A stretch of DNA of 32,000 nucleotides, from positions 30,001-62,000 of the forward strand of contig JAEOSH010000005.1 of NCBI GenBank assembly GCA_016840465.1. Direction: 5' to 3'. Under the pieces are notes generated by a model that did not search any database, was not told the origin of the DNA, and saw only the letters and a list, made by a program, of their open reading frames with translations. This DNA comes from Candidatus Baldrarchaeum yapensis. Lineage in GTDB: Archaea; Asgardarchaeota; Baldrarchaeia; Baldrarchaeales; Baldrarchaeaceae. Both the position numbers and the translations under genes were made by a program. The first letter of the stretch is position 1; every line of letters begins with the position of its first letter. Positions 1 through 9,760 of the stretch are shown in pieces.

Positions 1-1
1 G

Positions 2-577
2 ATAGTCGAGCAACCAAATGAGTTCTATAAGGCGTTAGCGAGAGGGGTCGAGTATGCAGCATCGAAGTATGGAGGCCTAGAGTTCGCACTTGCTTTTGGC
101 GGCAATGAGATGCCGGGGTATCACACGGGGCTCGCATGTTACGTTGGATATCTAACCGGGGCGCGGCATAGTCACCTCGACTCGGCGGGCTATAGTCTGG
201 ATCAGAAGATGCTCTCAATGGAAAAGAGGCTAAGTCCCGAGGAGATAGGGAAGAGACTCTTTGAAGAGGAAAGTTGGAGGCAGATACTCTCGAGCTTAGT
301 GGTGTGCTTCTTTGCAAGGGGGATCTACAAACCCGATATTGTTATCAAATGTCTCAAAGTGATGGGATATGATTTCGACGAGAACAGATTAATGGCGTTG
401 GGCCGGAAAATTCTTCGCCTCAAGCATAAATTCAAATCTGACGAAGGATTCGATCCGAAAAAACTAAGAATTCCGAAGAGGATCCTTGAAACTGAAAGTC
501 CACATGGAGTGCTCAGCGAGCAGGATATAAGAACGGCAGTGAATGCTTATTTTGAGGAACTTTACAAGGAACAGTGA
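2..577 (+). CDS. Aldehyde:ferredoxin oxidoreductase (tungsten AOR/WOR family), C-terminal part; 5' truncated by the window edge
   Basis: Frame is open from base 2 (IVEQPNEFYKALARGVEYAASKYGG...NEMPGYHTG...GARHSHLD...SLVVCFFAR...GRKILRLKHKFKSDEGF...LRIPKRILE). This matches the AOR C-terminal domain pattern (CxF motif, final RxF/LPxRxxE segment). Confidence 0.85.
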   Translation: MVEQPNEFYKALARGVEYAASKYGGLEFALAFGGNEMPGYHTGLACYVGYLTGARHSHLDSAGYSLDQKMLSMEKRLSPEEIGKRLFEEESWRQILSSLVVCFFARGIYKPDIVIKCLKVMGYDFDENRLMALGRKILRLKHKFKSDEGFDPKKLRIPKRILETESPHGVLSEQDIRTAVNAYFEELYKEQ

Positions 578-595
578 ATTTCCGTCAACATATTC

Positions 596-1987
596 TCACA
601 CATAATCTTTTTTAGCACCCTCCTTTAGTGCATTCAACAATCTTAAGATCTTATTTACAACATCTATCGCATCTTTTCCTAATATTATCGTCATGGGCTC
701 CTTTCCCCAATCCCCCCTGTGATATATAACGTCCGGAACCTGGCCCAACGCCTTTATCGCAACATCTGCTCCCCATATCGTGGATCTCCCTTCAATTTTC
801 TTAACTTCAGGTGGTTCCTTGCTTCTGTCATAGAAAGAAACCTTCCAGCCTAACTCTTTGCAAACGTTAATGATTTCTTCTGAGTACTTTATGTTCATTG
901 CTGCACGCACATTCGGGTCATACTTCATGGCTACGAGTACGTAATTTGCCACATGTCTCGAAGCTCCAAATGTGGGACATGCCGTCACCACAATTCTCTC
1001 GCCAGCTCTTACGATCCTGCCGGGTATACCGGCAACATCCATCGCACCCATGCAGTGTTCCACTGCCATCACAAGATTTGATCCCACCTCCGGTATTAAT
1101 TCGAAAAGACCATCGGCTCTTTCCAAGATCCTAATAGCCGCATCGATATTTTGTAGCACCAGTGCCCGTTCCGCCTCTCTATAAACGAATGCCATCGGAT
1201 CTACCGGACCTATGCCTCCTCCTACATCTAACCCGTATTTTATTGCAATTGTAACGATGTCTTTCGCTATCCTCACAGCCTTCGGTATCTCTCTTCCTTT
1301 TGCCAGTTCTGCAGCAATCGCTGCTGAAAAAACACAGCCCGTTCCATGGGTATTCTTCGTATCTATACGCTCACTCACATAATACCTAAATCTGCCATCG
1401 AAGTATAAAATATCGGTAACGACATTACCCCCTAAGTGACCTCCTTTTACAACAGCTGCTTTTGCACCCATGTCAACTATCGCTTTCGCTGCCTTCTCGG
1501 CATCCTCACTGCTCTTTATTCTCATCCCTGTTATTTTTTCGGCCTCAGGAACATTGGGCGTAACCACAGTAGCGATAGGAATCAGTCTTTTTACGAGTTT
1601 TTCAAAAGCTTCTTCCCTTATCAGCAGAGTACCACTCTTAGCACGAATGATGGGATCGACAACAAGTGGGATTTTCATAGCTTCAATGGCATCGGCAACT
1701 ACATCTATTATCTCGGAAGTGTACAGCATACCCGTCTTTGCCGCTTGAACGCTAAGATCGTTCAATATCGCATCTAACTGTTGTTTAACAATGTCCGGTG
1801 GAAGAGCATATACTTCGTGGACCCCCCTCGTATTCTGTGCGGTAATAGCAGTAATTACTGATGCGCCATAAACCCTTAACGCTGCAAACGTCTTTAGATC
1901 CGCTTGTATACCCGCGCCCCCGCTGGAGTCCGATCCAGCTATTGTGAGTGCGCAGGGAAACCTTTTTCCCTTCGAAATACTCACCAT
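596..1987 (-). CDS. thiD: Bifunctional hydroxymethylpyrimidine/phosphomethylpyrimidine kinase fused to ThiN thiamine-phosphate synthase (ThiDN)
   Basis: N-terminal [50 protein letters not shown]-terminal ThiN domain LIPEVGSNL...IPGRI...FGASRHVA...AAMNIKY...[24 protein letters not shown] lies 6 nt before the ATG. Confidence 0.95.
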   Translation of the reverse strand: MVSISKGKRFPCALTIAGSDSSGGAGIQADLKTFAALRVYGASVITAITAQNTRGVHEVYALPPDIVKQQLDAILNDLSVQAAKTGMLYTSEIIDVVADAIEAMKIPLVVDPIIRAKSGTLLIREEAFEKLVKRLIPIATVVTPNVPEAEKITGMRIKSSEDAEKAAKAIVDMGAKAAVVKGGHLGGNVVTDILYFDGRFRYYVSERIDTKNTHGTGCVFSAAIAAELAKGREIPKAVRIAKDIVTIAIKYGLDVGGGIGPVDPMAFVYREAERALVLQNIDAAIRILERADGLFELIPEVGSNLVMAVEHCMGAMDVAGIPGRIVRAGERIVVTACPTFGASRHVANYVLVAMKYDPNVRAAMNIKYSEEIINVCKELGWKVSFYDRSKEPPEVKKIEGRSTIWGADVAIKALGQVPDVIYHRGDWGKEPMTIILGKDAIDVVNKILRLLNALKEGAKKDYV

Positions 1988-2039
1988 TTTATGATCACCT
2001 GATTCCTTCTACACCGAAAGTACTCACGTGGTGCTTTAA

Positions 2040-3197
2040 ATGGTACACCCCAAAATACCAATTGCCCAGCAAATGCTCAGGGAGATGGGTATAGACCTGT
2101 GGATGATCGTTTGTTCCGAGGCTTCCGACGTGCACAGCCCCTACCTCCTTGGTGTCACATGTTACTCGCGTCATGCAATAATAATACCCAGCACCGGAAA
2201 AAGCAGTGTGATAATTCACCAAATGGAGGGGCCCATGGTAGAACGCCAGGGAACAGTCGATGAGGTCGTAACGTATAGGTCAACGAGAGAGTTCGTTGAT
2301 AAATTGAAGGAAGTAGTGCTGTCAATATCCGAAAAGCCAAAAATAGCGCTGAATTTTGTAGAAAACCTATACGAAGAGGGCGGTGACCCCATTAATACAA
2401 TTACATATGGAGATGTCCTCGCACTACAGAAACTCTTCCCTGGGGCCACATTCGTTTCCGCAAAGGAGATATTAGAAAAATTGACATTAACAAAAAGTGC
2501 GGAAGAAATAAGATTACACGAGAAAGCAATAGAAATAACTCTAAAAGCTATGAAGGCAGCAATAGAATTCATAAAATCCGGGGTTTCTGAATGTGAAGTC
2601 GCCGCTGAGGCAGAATATGTTATGAGAAAGGAGGGGGCAGGAACGGCTTTTTCCACAATAGTTGCCAGTGGACCAAATAGCGCTGATCCACATCATGAAA
2701 CAAGCGAACGAAAAATAGGACGCGATGACGTTGTAATATTAGACATGGGGGCAAAATATAAGCTCATGGCTGCGGATATTACATGGACTGTGTTTGTTGG
2801 AAAAAATCCGCCAAAGGATCTAGAGAAAATTTACCGTATTGTTTTAGACGCAAAAAGAGAGGCAACTAATGCCCTTAGACCTGGTATTAAGGGGTGGGAA
2901 GTGGATAAGGCGGCGAGAGACGTAATTTACGGTAACGGTTTCTCGGATGAACATTTCAGCCATGGGACTGGTCATCCATTGGGTTTAGTCGTACATGGAT
3001 TAGGACCTGCGCTAACAAAGAAGGAGTGGTCTAAGAGAGCTGAGTTGGAGTTAGTACCTACAATGATAGTTACAATAGAACCAGGAATCTATATTAGGGG
3101 AAAATACGGTGTCCGATTGGAAGATGATGTTTTAATAACCGAGGATGGGAGAAGGATTCTCAGCAAAACGCCAGATAGCCTGTTAACGATCACTTAA
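2040..3197 (+). CDS. M24-family Xaa-Pro aminopeptidase/dipeptidase
   Basis: Metal ligands intact: ILDMG, ADITWT, HGTGHPLGLVVH, TIEPGIY, VRLEDDV. Creatinase-like N-terminal domain. Confidence 0.93.
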   Translation: MVHPKIPIAQQMLREMGIDLWMIVCSEASDVHSPYLLGVTCYSRHAIIIPSTGKSSVIIHQMEGPMVERQGTVDEVVTYRSTREFVDKLKEVVLSISEKPKIALNFVENLYEEGGDPINTITYGDVLALQKLFPGATFVSAKEILEKLTLTKSAEEIRLHEKAIEITLKAMKAAIEFIKSGVSECEVAAEAEYVMRKEGAGTAFSTIVASGPNSADPHHETSERKIGRDDVVILDMGAKYKLMAADITWTVFVGKNPPKDLEKIYRIVLDAKREATNALRPGIKGWEVDKAARDVIYGNGFSDEHFSHGTGHPLGLVVHGLGPALTKKEWSKRAELELVPTMIVTIEPGIYIRGKYGVRLEDDVLITEDGRRILSKTPDSLLTIT

Positions 3198-3295
3198 TAC
3201 ATTAATATCAGATCCGCTGCATACAATACCCGTTTAAGTAACTTATCATACTTTATATTCAATTTTATGCTTTTTGGCCAAGTTTTTTGCTTTAA

Positions 3296-3317
3296 ACAAA
3301 AAAATGTTAATAAATAC
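3296..3317 (+). promoter_or_regulatory. Putative BRE/TATA promoter of the BMP-ABC operon
   Basis: A-run followed by TTAATAAATA about 65 nt upstream of the SBP start, in a 180-nt AT-rich gap. Confidence 0.35.
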
Positions 3318-3378
3318 TGTCGTATTACGTCACTTTTTTAAGTGTATGTGTTGAAGGATCGTTTGAGGATGAGTAGAG

Positions 3379-4851
3379 GTGCCCAAGATGAAAAAGGTGC
3401 TTAATAGAAGCATAGCGCTAAGTTTTGCATTCTATGTGCTATTGCTGTTCCCCATTGTCATCGCAGCTGCCTCCGCGGGCACCGCTTACGCGACAAAAAT
3501 CAGTAACGTTCAGATTCCTGCAAACTACGAGCAGATGGTATTAATGCAAAGAGCAAAAGTATACTCCGAAATTGTGACGTTAACACAGTTTTCAACAATT
3601 AGGGCCGGATTCATATATGTAGGTCCAATTGGAGACTATGGATGGACCCACGCTCATGATAGAGGAAGAAAGATAGTTGATGATAAATATAACTGGTTAG
3701 AAACAGTGTACGTAGAAAGCGTTAGTGAAGATAAATGTTATGATGTAATTAGGCAATTAGTCGAAGTTAACAAATGTAATGTTATATTTACAACGAGTTT
3801 TGGATTCATGGACCCAACACTTGAAGCGGCTAAGTACTACTACGATGAACTGGGTTGGAGAAATGTGACGTTCTTCCACTGCTCCGGTTTTAAGAACTAC
3901 ACTAATATGGGTAATTACTTTGCAGAGTTTTATCAAATCTACTACTTGAATGGTCTGATGGCAGGTGCATTGACAAAAACCGGCAAAGCCGGCTATGTGG
4001 CGGCACACTTAATTCCCGAGGTAATACGACATATAAACGCGTTTGCACTTGGCTTTAAAGAGGTCGCGATGCAACGCGGTTTTAAGAATCCAACCGTCTA
4101 TGTGATGAAAATAGGGAAGTGGTACGATCCGGATAAGGCTAGAGAGTTAGCGAAAATACTCGTTGAGGAGTATGGATGTGATGTCCTCGCGTTTACTGAG
4201 GACTCTCCAGCTGTTATACAGTATTGTCAGAAACTCTTTGAAGAAACAGGAAAACTCGTATACACATTCGCTCACTACAGTCCGATGCTAAAATATGGGC
4301 CAAATGTTACTGTAAGTGGACAACTTGCGCACTGGGAGGTTATATACGAGGACATATTGGTTAAGATACATGAAGGGAAACTAACGCCCAATAACATAAG
4401 CAATCTACCTCCATTCTACTACTGGTGGAGGCTTGGAGAGGGCGCAGTGGAGCTTGGATGTGACTATGGTGTTATGATAAACCCCATCTTCTTGGACGAT
4501 TTGAAGAGCATAACTGTCAAAGATAAATTGACGAATGAAACCGTATCAGCGTATGAATTGATAATGCGAAGATTAAATGCTATGAACAAGACAAAACCCG
4601 ACTTTGATCCGTTTACTGGTCCAATAAAGGCCGCGAACGGAACAATAGTGATAAAGGAGGGTGAAGTGCTACCTGAGAAGGATCTATGGGCATTATACTT
4701 TGGTATGAATTGGTTTGTTGAGGGAGTTGTCGTAATTGAGGAGAAGCCAGCGCCGTTTGCATGGGAGTGGTGGATGATAGCGCTAATAGCCGTGGCAGTA
4801 ATCGTGGTGGTAATAGTACTGGTGTCGCTTGCCAGAAGAAGGAGGCCTTAA
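3379..4851 (+). CDS. BMP-family ABC transporter substrate-binding protein (nucleoside/purine type), with N-terminal signal and C-terminal TM anchor
   Basis: AGFIYVGPIGDYGWTHAHDRGR, VIFTTSFGFMD, FFHCSG, YLNGLMAGALTKTGKAGYVAA, IRHINAFALG, WYDP. Hydrophobic C-tail ends RRRRP. Start is GTG 3379 or ATG 3388. Confidence 0.92.
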   Translation: MPKMKKVLNRSIALSFAFYVLLLFPIVIAAASAGTAYATKISNVQIPANYEQMVLMQRAKVYSEIVTLTQFSTIRAGFIYVGPIGDYGWTHAHDRGRKIVDDKYNWLETVYVESVSEDKCYDVIRQLVEVNKCNVIFTTSFGFMDPTLEAAKYYYDELGWRNVTFFHCSGFKNYTNMGNYFAEFYQIYYLNGLMAGALTKTGKAGYVAAHLIPEVIRHINAFALGFKEVAMQRGFKNPTVYVMKIGKWYDPDKARELAKILVEEYGCDVLAFTEDSPAVIQYCQKLFEETGKLVYTFAHYSPMLKYGPNVTVSGQLAHWEVIYEDILVKIHEGKLTPNNISNLPPFYYWWRLGEGAVELGCDYGVMINPIFLDDLKSITVKDKLTNETVSAYELIMRRLNAMNKTKPDFDPFTGPIKAANGTIVIKEGEVLPEKDLWALYFGMNWFVEGVVVIEEKPAPFAWEWWMIALIAVAVIVVVIVLVSLARRRRP

Positions 4852-4932
4852 AAATGCCATTTTCAACTATCTTCCATATTTTTCATTTATTTTTGTGTTT
4901 TTATGTTCATCAATTGCTTGAGGTGATATCTC

Positions 4933-6516
4933 ATGTGTGAGAATTATGAGGTTGCTGTTCTTATGAAGAATATTACGAAGAGGTTCCACAACATCGTTGC
5001 GAACGATCGTATTACCTTTGACGTGAAGGTTGGAGAGATCCACGCACTCCTTGGAGAGAACGGCGCCGGAAAGACCACGCTCATGAATATCCTATTCGGG
5101 CACTATCGGCCCGATGAGGGCGAAATTTACGTTTATGGAAGAAAAGTGAAGATTTCCTGCCCACGTGATGCGATCAAGCTGGGCATTATGATGATCCATC
5201 AGCATCCACTCCTAGTGGAGAATCTTTCTGTACTGGAGAACATAGCGTTATTGTATGGTATACATGATTCACTAGGGTTGTTGCTTTCACCTAGGAAGTT
5301 GAGAGATAAGTTGACCGATATGATAGAGAAATACAATTTGAAGATAGATTTAGATGCTAAAGTCTGGCAATTATCTGCAAGCCAGAAGCAACAAGTTGAA
5401 CTCTTGAAGGCGTTAGTATACGATTCCAAAATATTGATACTTGACGAGCCAACTTCTATATTGACTCCAATTGAGAAGGAGTGGTTATTTTCGTTTATAC
5501 GGAAAATGAAGAGGGATGGTAAGTCGGTTATTTTCATAACACACAAGTTAGAAGAGGCCATCTCTATAAGTGATAGAATAACCGTCTTGCGCAGGGGTAG
5601 GGTTGTTGGCACTTTAAATTCCTCCGAAACTAGTGTCCAAGAGTTAGCAAGACTCATGATAGGAGAGGAGGGTTTGCGCAACGAGCGAATCGTATCCATT
5701 CAGAAAAGAGCGGATGGTGATCTGGATAATAAGCGTATCGTTCTCGAAGTCTCAGATCTCTCGGTATTAGACGATAGGGGATCGCCAGCCGTACGCGGTG
5801 TCTCCTTTGAAGTCTACGAGGGTGAAATATTTGGTATTATCGGTGTGTCAGGTAATGGCCAGACAGAATTAGTAGAAGCCATAACAGGTCTAAGAAAAGT
5901 GCAAAAGGGACGTATAAGGATTGATAGTCAGGACGTGACAAATAGAGGACCAAGGTATATTCAATCGTTAGGTGTTGCACATATACCGGAGCACAGAATT
6001 AAGCACGGAATAGTTTCCGAGTTGAGTGTTGCTGAAAACCTCGTGTTAAAAGTTTATAGGAAGCCTCCCTTCTGTAAAGGCCCGTATCTTAATTCAAAAG
6101 AGATATCACGGTGGGCTCGTGAACTCATATCCGAGTTTTCGATAGTGACTCCGAATGAAAAGATTCCCGTTGGACAACTTTCGGGTGGTAACATTCAGAG
6201 AGTTATCGTTGCGAGAGAGGTTTCTATGAAGCCAAAGTTACTAATCGCGGCATACCCCACGCACGGATTGGACATCGCTGCCACGAGATTTGTTAGGGAA
6301 ATTCTAAAGTCGGAGAAAGATAGAGGATGCGCCGTTCTTCTAGTTTCGAACGATATTGATGAGGTCCTCGAGCTGTGTGATAGGATCGCTGTGATGTATG
6401 AGGGAAGGATACTGAAAATTATAAGTGCTGAGGAGGCAACGAAAGAGAAAATAGGACTACTGATGAGTGGAGTTGATACGATTGAAGGTGCTCAGATCGA
6501 TCAACATTACCATTAG
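4933..6516 (+). CDS. ABC transporter ATP-binding protein (two NBDs, CUT2 sugar/nucleoside type)
   Basis: Walker A GENGAGKT, LILDEPT, VIFITHKL in NBD1. NBD2 has a degenerate Walker A (GVSGNGQTEL) and LSGGNIQR. SD GAGGTGAT precedes the ATG. Confidence 0.95.
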   Translation: MCENYEVAVLMKNITKRFHNIVANDRITFDVKVGEIHALLGENGAGKTTLMNILFGHYRPDEGEIYVYGRKVKISCPRDAIKLGIMMIHQHPLLVENLSVLENIALLYGIHDSLGLLLSPRKLRDKLTDMIEKYNLKIDLDAKVWQLSASQKQQVELLKALVYDSKILILDEPTSILTPIEKEWLFSFIRKMKRDGKSVIFITHKLEEAISISDRITVLRRGRVVGTLNSSETSVQELARLMIGEEGLRNERIVSIQKRADGDLDNKRIVLEVSDLSVLDDRGSPAVRGVSFEVYEGEIFGIIGVSGNGQTELVEAITGLRKVQKGRIRIDSQDVTNRGPRYIQSLGVAHIPEHRIKHGIVSELSVAENLVLKVYRKPPFCKGPYLNSKEISRWARELISEFSIVTPNEKIPVGQLSGGNIQRVIVAREVSMKPKLLIAAYPTHGLDIAATRFVREILKSEKDRGCAVLLVSNDIDEVLELCDRIAVMYEGRILKIISAEEATKEKIGLLMSGVDTIEGAQIDQHYH

Positions 6517-7579
6517 AAGGAGGGAACATGTACCTAGGATATTTGAGCTTTTGATCCCAGTGTGCTCCGCGGTTGTCGGCTTGGTCGTGTGCGCGCTGAT
6601 ATTTCTCTTGCAGGGAATAGATCCTATATATGCTTATTCCGAGATCTACCGTTACTCTTTGGGAGGGCCGATACAAGTATCCAATGTAATTAGGGTTATG
6701 ATTCCGTTAATACTCTGTGCAACGGGATTGATACTCGTGTTCCGTGCTGGAGTTTGGAACATAGGGGCTGAGGGACAAATACTAATAGGAGCCATTGTTG
6801 CAACCGGGGTGGCTCTCTTCGTACTCCAGGGCAATACTAACAGTGCACTTTTTATATTCTCCATGATAACTCTCGGATTCATATTTGGGGGGCTCTGGGC
6901 TCTTATTCCTGCGATTTTAAAGGCAAAGCTTGACGTAAATGAAATAATCACAACGCTGATGATGAACTATATAGCTGCTTATATACTTCAGTATCTAGTA
7001 TACGGTCCGTGGAAGGGAAAAAAGACGTTTGGTTTTCCGATCACTGATGAAATACCACCTCAAGCACATTTTCCATTAATTCCGGGGACATTAATTCACA
7101 TTCCTACATTGATACTCGCTATTTGCTCGATTGTGTTTGTATTCTTCGTGATGACACAAACGACCCTCGGTTACGAGATAAAGGTTTTTGGATCAAACCC
7201 GGATGCCGCGAAGTATGCTGGTATAAGCAAAACGAAAGTGATATTGATAACTATGTTCATAAGTGGTGGACTTGCAGGGGTTGCGGGAGCAGGGGAGATC
7301 GGAGGTGTGCATCATCGGTTAATATATAACCCATGGAGTATTTCTGCAAACTATGGGTTTACTGCGATCATAGTTGCGTTTCTCGCAAGACTAAATCCCA
7401 TAGGTATCATCCCCGCAGCGTTTCTGATGGCAATATTGATAGTTGGAACAAGAGCTTTGCAAATAACATTTAACTTGCCAGTAGGTGTGATTAATGTCTT
7501 TAATGGGAGTATTTTGATAACGATGGTGAGTATGGAGTTTTTCAGACATTATAGGATCGTAATAAGAAGATCCGAGTGA
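6467..7579 (+). CDS. ABC transporter permease (nucleoside type, subunit 1)
   Basis: WNIGAEGQ, NEIITTLMMNY, LGYEIKVFGSNPDAAKYAGI, GFTAIIVAFLARLNP; many TM segments. Overlaps the ATPase 3' end by 50 nt; the start is uncertain. Confidence 0.92.
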   Translation: MELIRLKVLRSINITIRRREHVPRIFELLIPVCSAVVGLVVCALIFLLQGIDPIYAYSEIYRYSLGGPIQVSNVIRVMIPLILCATGLILVFRAGVWNIGAEGQILIGAIVATGVALFVLQGNTNSALFIFSMITLGFIFGGLWALIPAILKAKLDVNEIITTLMMNYIAAYILQYLVYGPWKGKKTFGFPITDEIPPQAHFPLIPGTLIHIPTLILAICSIVFVFFVMTQTTLGYEIKVFGSNPDAAKYAGISKTKVILITMFISGGLAGVAGAGEIGGVHHRLIYNPWSISANYGFTAIIVAFLARLNPIGIIPAAFLMAILIVGTRALQITFNLPVGVINVFNGSILITMVSMEFFRHYRIVIRRSE

Positions 7580-7591
7580 GGTGAGCGTCAC

Positions 7592-8527
7592 ATGAGCATT
7601 GAGGCGACTATTGTCTCCATATTAAGGTCAATAATTTACATATCGACACCAATACTGTTAGCGACACTTGGGGAGATATATGCGGAACGTTCCGGAGTAT
7701 TGAATCTAGGAATCGAGGGTATTATGAGTATGGGAGCGGTTTGCGCGTTCATAATTACCTTTACTACTGGAAATCCCCTCTTAGGGGTGCTCATATCGCT
7801 GATTGTGGGGGCTATTCTTGCATTTATTCATGCATTCGTATCAGCATCTTTGAATGCAAATCAGGTGGTGTCGGGACTTGCATTGGCAATGTTCGGTCTA
7901 GGGTTGAGTAGCACCATTGGGCAGAGATATGTCGGAGAGGTTTTAAGAAATTATTTAAAGCCCGTGCCAGTACCCGTGCTGTCCCAAATACCAATAATAG
8001 GTCCAGCATTTTTCGTTCAAGACATTATTGTCTACATGTCTTATGTGCTCGTTGTGGTTTTATGGTTTATTCTATTTAAAACCCGTTGGGGACTCTATAT
8101 CAGAGCGGTTGGTGAGAACCCCTATACGGCTGACGCCATGGGAGTGAACGTGATTTTTGTAAGGTACGTTTGCGTGATTCTAGGAGGAGCGCTTGCGGGA
8201 CTCGGTGGAGCATATATTACATTAGCATATATGCCGACGTGGATAGAGGGAATAACCATGGGGAAAGGATGGATTGCAATCGCACTTGTAATTCTTGCAA
8301 TGTGGGATCCGTTAAAGGGATTCCTAGCAACGTATTTCTTCTGTGGCGTGATGGTGGTTGCGATAAGGGTACAGGTTTTTGGCGCCAACCCCTACATAAT
8401 AAACTCGATACCCTATATAGCGACAATAATTGTAATGATACTAGGAGCCAGCGAGACTCTCAGAAGGCGCATTGGCGCGCCTGCTGCACTATGTAAACCA
8501 TTCATAAGGGAAGAAAGAGCCTTATAA
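7592..8527 (+). CDS. ABC transporter permease (nucleoside type, subunit 2)
   Basis: LGEIYAERSGVLNLGIEGIM, NQVVSGLA, IRAVGENPYTADAMGVNV, GKGWIAIALV. SD GAGGTGA. Confidence 0.95.
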   Translation: MSIEATIVSILRSIIYISTPILLATLGEIYAERSGVLNLGIEGIMSMGAVCAFIITFTTGNPLLGVLISLIVGAILAFIHAFVSASLNANQVVSGLALAMFGLGLSSTIGQRYVGEVLRNYLKPVPVPVLSQIPIIGPAFFVQDIIVYMSYVLVVVLWFILFKTRWGLYIRAVGENPYTADAMGVNVIFVRYVCVILGGALAGLGGAYITLAYMPTWIEGITMGKGWIAIALVILAMWDPLKGFLATYFFCGVMVVAIRVQVFGANPYIINSIPYIATIIVMILGASETLRRRIGAPAALCKPFIREERAL

Positions 8528-8550
8528 ACTATTGTACAGGGAGAAGGCAT

Positions 8551-9375
8551 TCAAAAGGATTGCACTGTTAGATTTATGATCTTATGAACGTTGCTTGACC
8601 CTAAACCTATTTCCTCAGCGATTCTTATGTATCTTATATCTGACAGTGTTTTATGTGCGAGAGAGGGTGATACCCCTTGTAGTAAATGGAATCCTAAGGA
8701 GTCAAGCGCCACAGGATCAGTACCTGCAATCATGTATCCAAGTTTTGCTTCGTTTCCGCCATGTCTTCTCTCTTGGGCTCGTATTAATGTTCTGATGCAA
8801 TCTACTATGAACAAATTTGTTTTTATAATGGCATTTATCTCTGCAATAGCGGAGTGTATGTCTTTTCGCCCAGTATGCGTGTCTATTCTATCTTGAGCGG
8901 AAAAGTAACCATATTGGTTCTTTAAAGCGGCGGTGAGTCCGACAACCATATGAACTTTCAGCACCGGCAATGAGATTACAAAGTCATGTTTTAGAGGGAC
9001 GATGGATAGCGTCAGTTCAGTGCCACGTGGTCCAGTGAATTTGCGCATCTCGTGCGCGTATAAGTTTAGCAGGCGTATTCCAAACTCCTTGCAAACATGG
9101 CTCAGTGGATGTTCGGATATTATCTTGTTACTGTCACCGGCGTCCACGGCTGGCCCATCACCGACCGTGAACTCCACTCCCAAGTCCTCTAGAAATGTTA
9201 AAACTGCCCTGAGGGTGTCAGGATGAGTAGTCGTCGGATAGGGTTCCCACGAAACGAGATTTACTTTTACGAAAACCCTGTTTGTCCTTTCGATTTCATC
9301 TTTGAAGTTTTCCAAGAATTTAAGTACAAATTCTTCTCTATTTTCGGTTTTTGCTGCATATACGATTCCCTTCAT
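8551..9375 (-). CDS. DUF362 domain protein (putative Fe-S/oxidoreductase)
   Basis: VFVKVNL...TTTHP...VGDG, ISLPVLKVH, LTAALKNQYG, AGTDPVALD. The ATG at 9375 follows SD GGTGAT; the ORF extends to GTG 9384. Confidence 0.85.
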   Translation of the reverse strand: MKGIVYAAKTENREEFVLKFLENFKDEIERTNRVFVKVNLVSWEPYPTTTHPDTLRAVLTFLEDLGVEFTVGDGPAVDAGDSNKIISEHPLSHVCKEFGIRLLNLYAHEMRKFTGPRGTELTLSIVPLKHDFVISLPVLKVHMVVGLTAALKNQYGYFSAQDRIDTHTGRKDIHSAIAEINAIIKTNLFIVDCIRTLIRAQERRHGGNEAKLGYMIAGTDPVALDSLGFHLLQGVSPSLAHKTLSDIRYIRIAEEIGLGSSNVHKIINLTVQSF

Positions 9376-9412
9376 TAACATCACCAGTTTAGATGGTAAT
9401 GCATAAACCCCT

Positions 9413-9424
9413 AAGTATATACTT
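9413..9424. promoter_or_regulatory. Palindromic TATA element AAGTATATACTT, probably shared by the divergent promoters
   Basis: Perfect 12-bp palindrome about 40 nt from both divergent start codons (9375 minus, 9467 plus). Confidence 0.5.
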
Positions 9425-9466
9425 TTTTTGGGTTAACTTGTAGACCGAGGTCGAGTGGTGGGGTAT

Positions 9467-9754
9467 ATGAGTAGGGAGGTAATAGAGTGGTTATTTCGGA
9501 TAATCGGCGTGCCCGAGAAAAGCGATTTTGTCAAGGATTTTGTATTTAAGGAGTTGTCTAGAGTTTTTGGATTAAGAGGTTCTGAAAGTGATTGTACACC
9601 TCTGAGAATGATATTAGAGGATGCCCTAAAGGACGAAGAGCGAAGGAGGAAGATCGTGGAGTACGTAAGGGCACTCATACGTGAGGCGGAGGATCTGGAG
9701 TCCCTTTATCGAGAGAGTGAAAGAAAAACGGAAGAAATAGAAATATATGTTTGA
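9467..9754 (+). CDS. Small acidic helical hypothetical protein ending in IYV
   Basis: Fills the gap between DUF362 and the flavin reductase. Glu/Arg-rich composition typical of real genes here; GG-rich SD-like sequence upstream. Confidence 0.7.
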   Translation: MSREVIEWLFRIIGVPEKSDFVKDFVFKELSRVFGLRGSESDCTPLRMILEDALKDEERRRKIVEYVRALIREAEDLESLYRESERKTEEIEIYV

Positions 9755-9760
9755 TTTCGA

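Noticed and set aside
1988-2039. TPP riboswitch or operator before thiD; also a glycine riboswitch at 13390-13536
   Set aside because: The thiD gap is 52 nt and holds only an SD and TATA-like sequence; no aptamer consensus was seen in either region.
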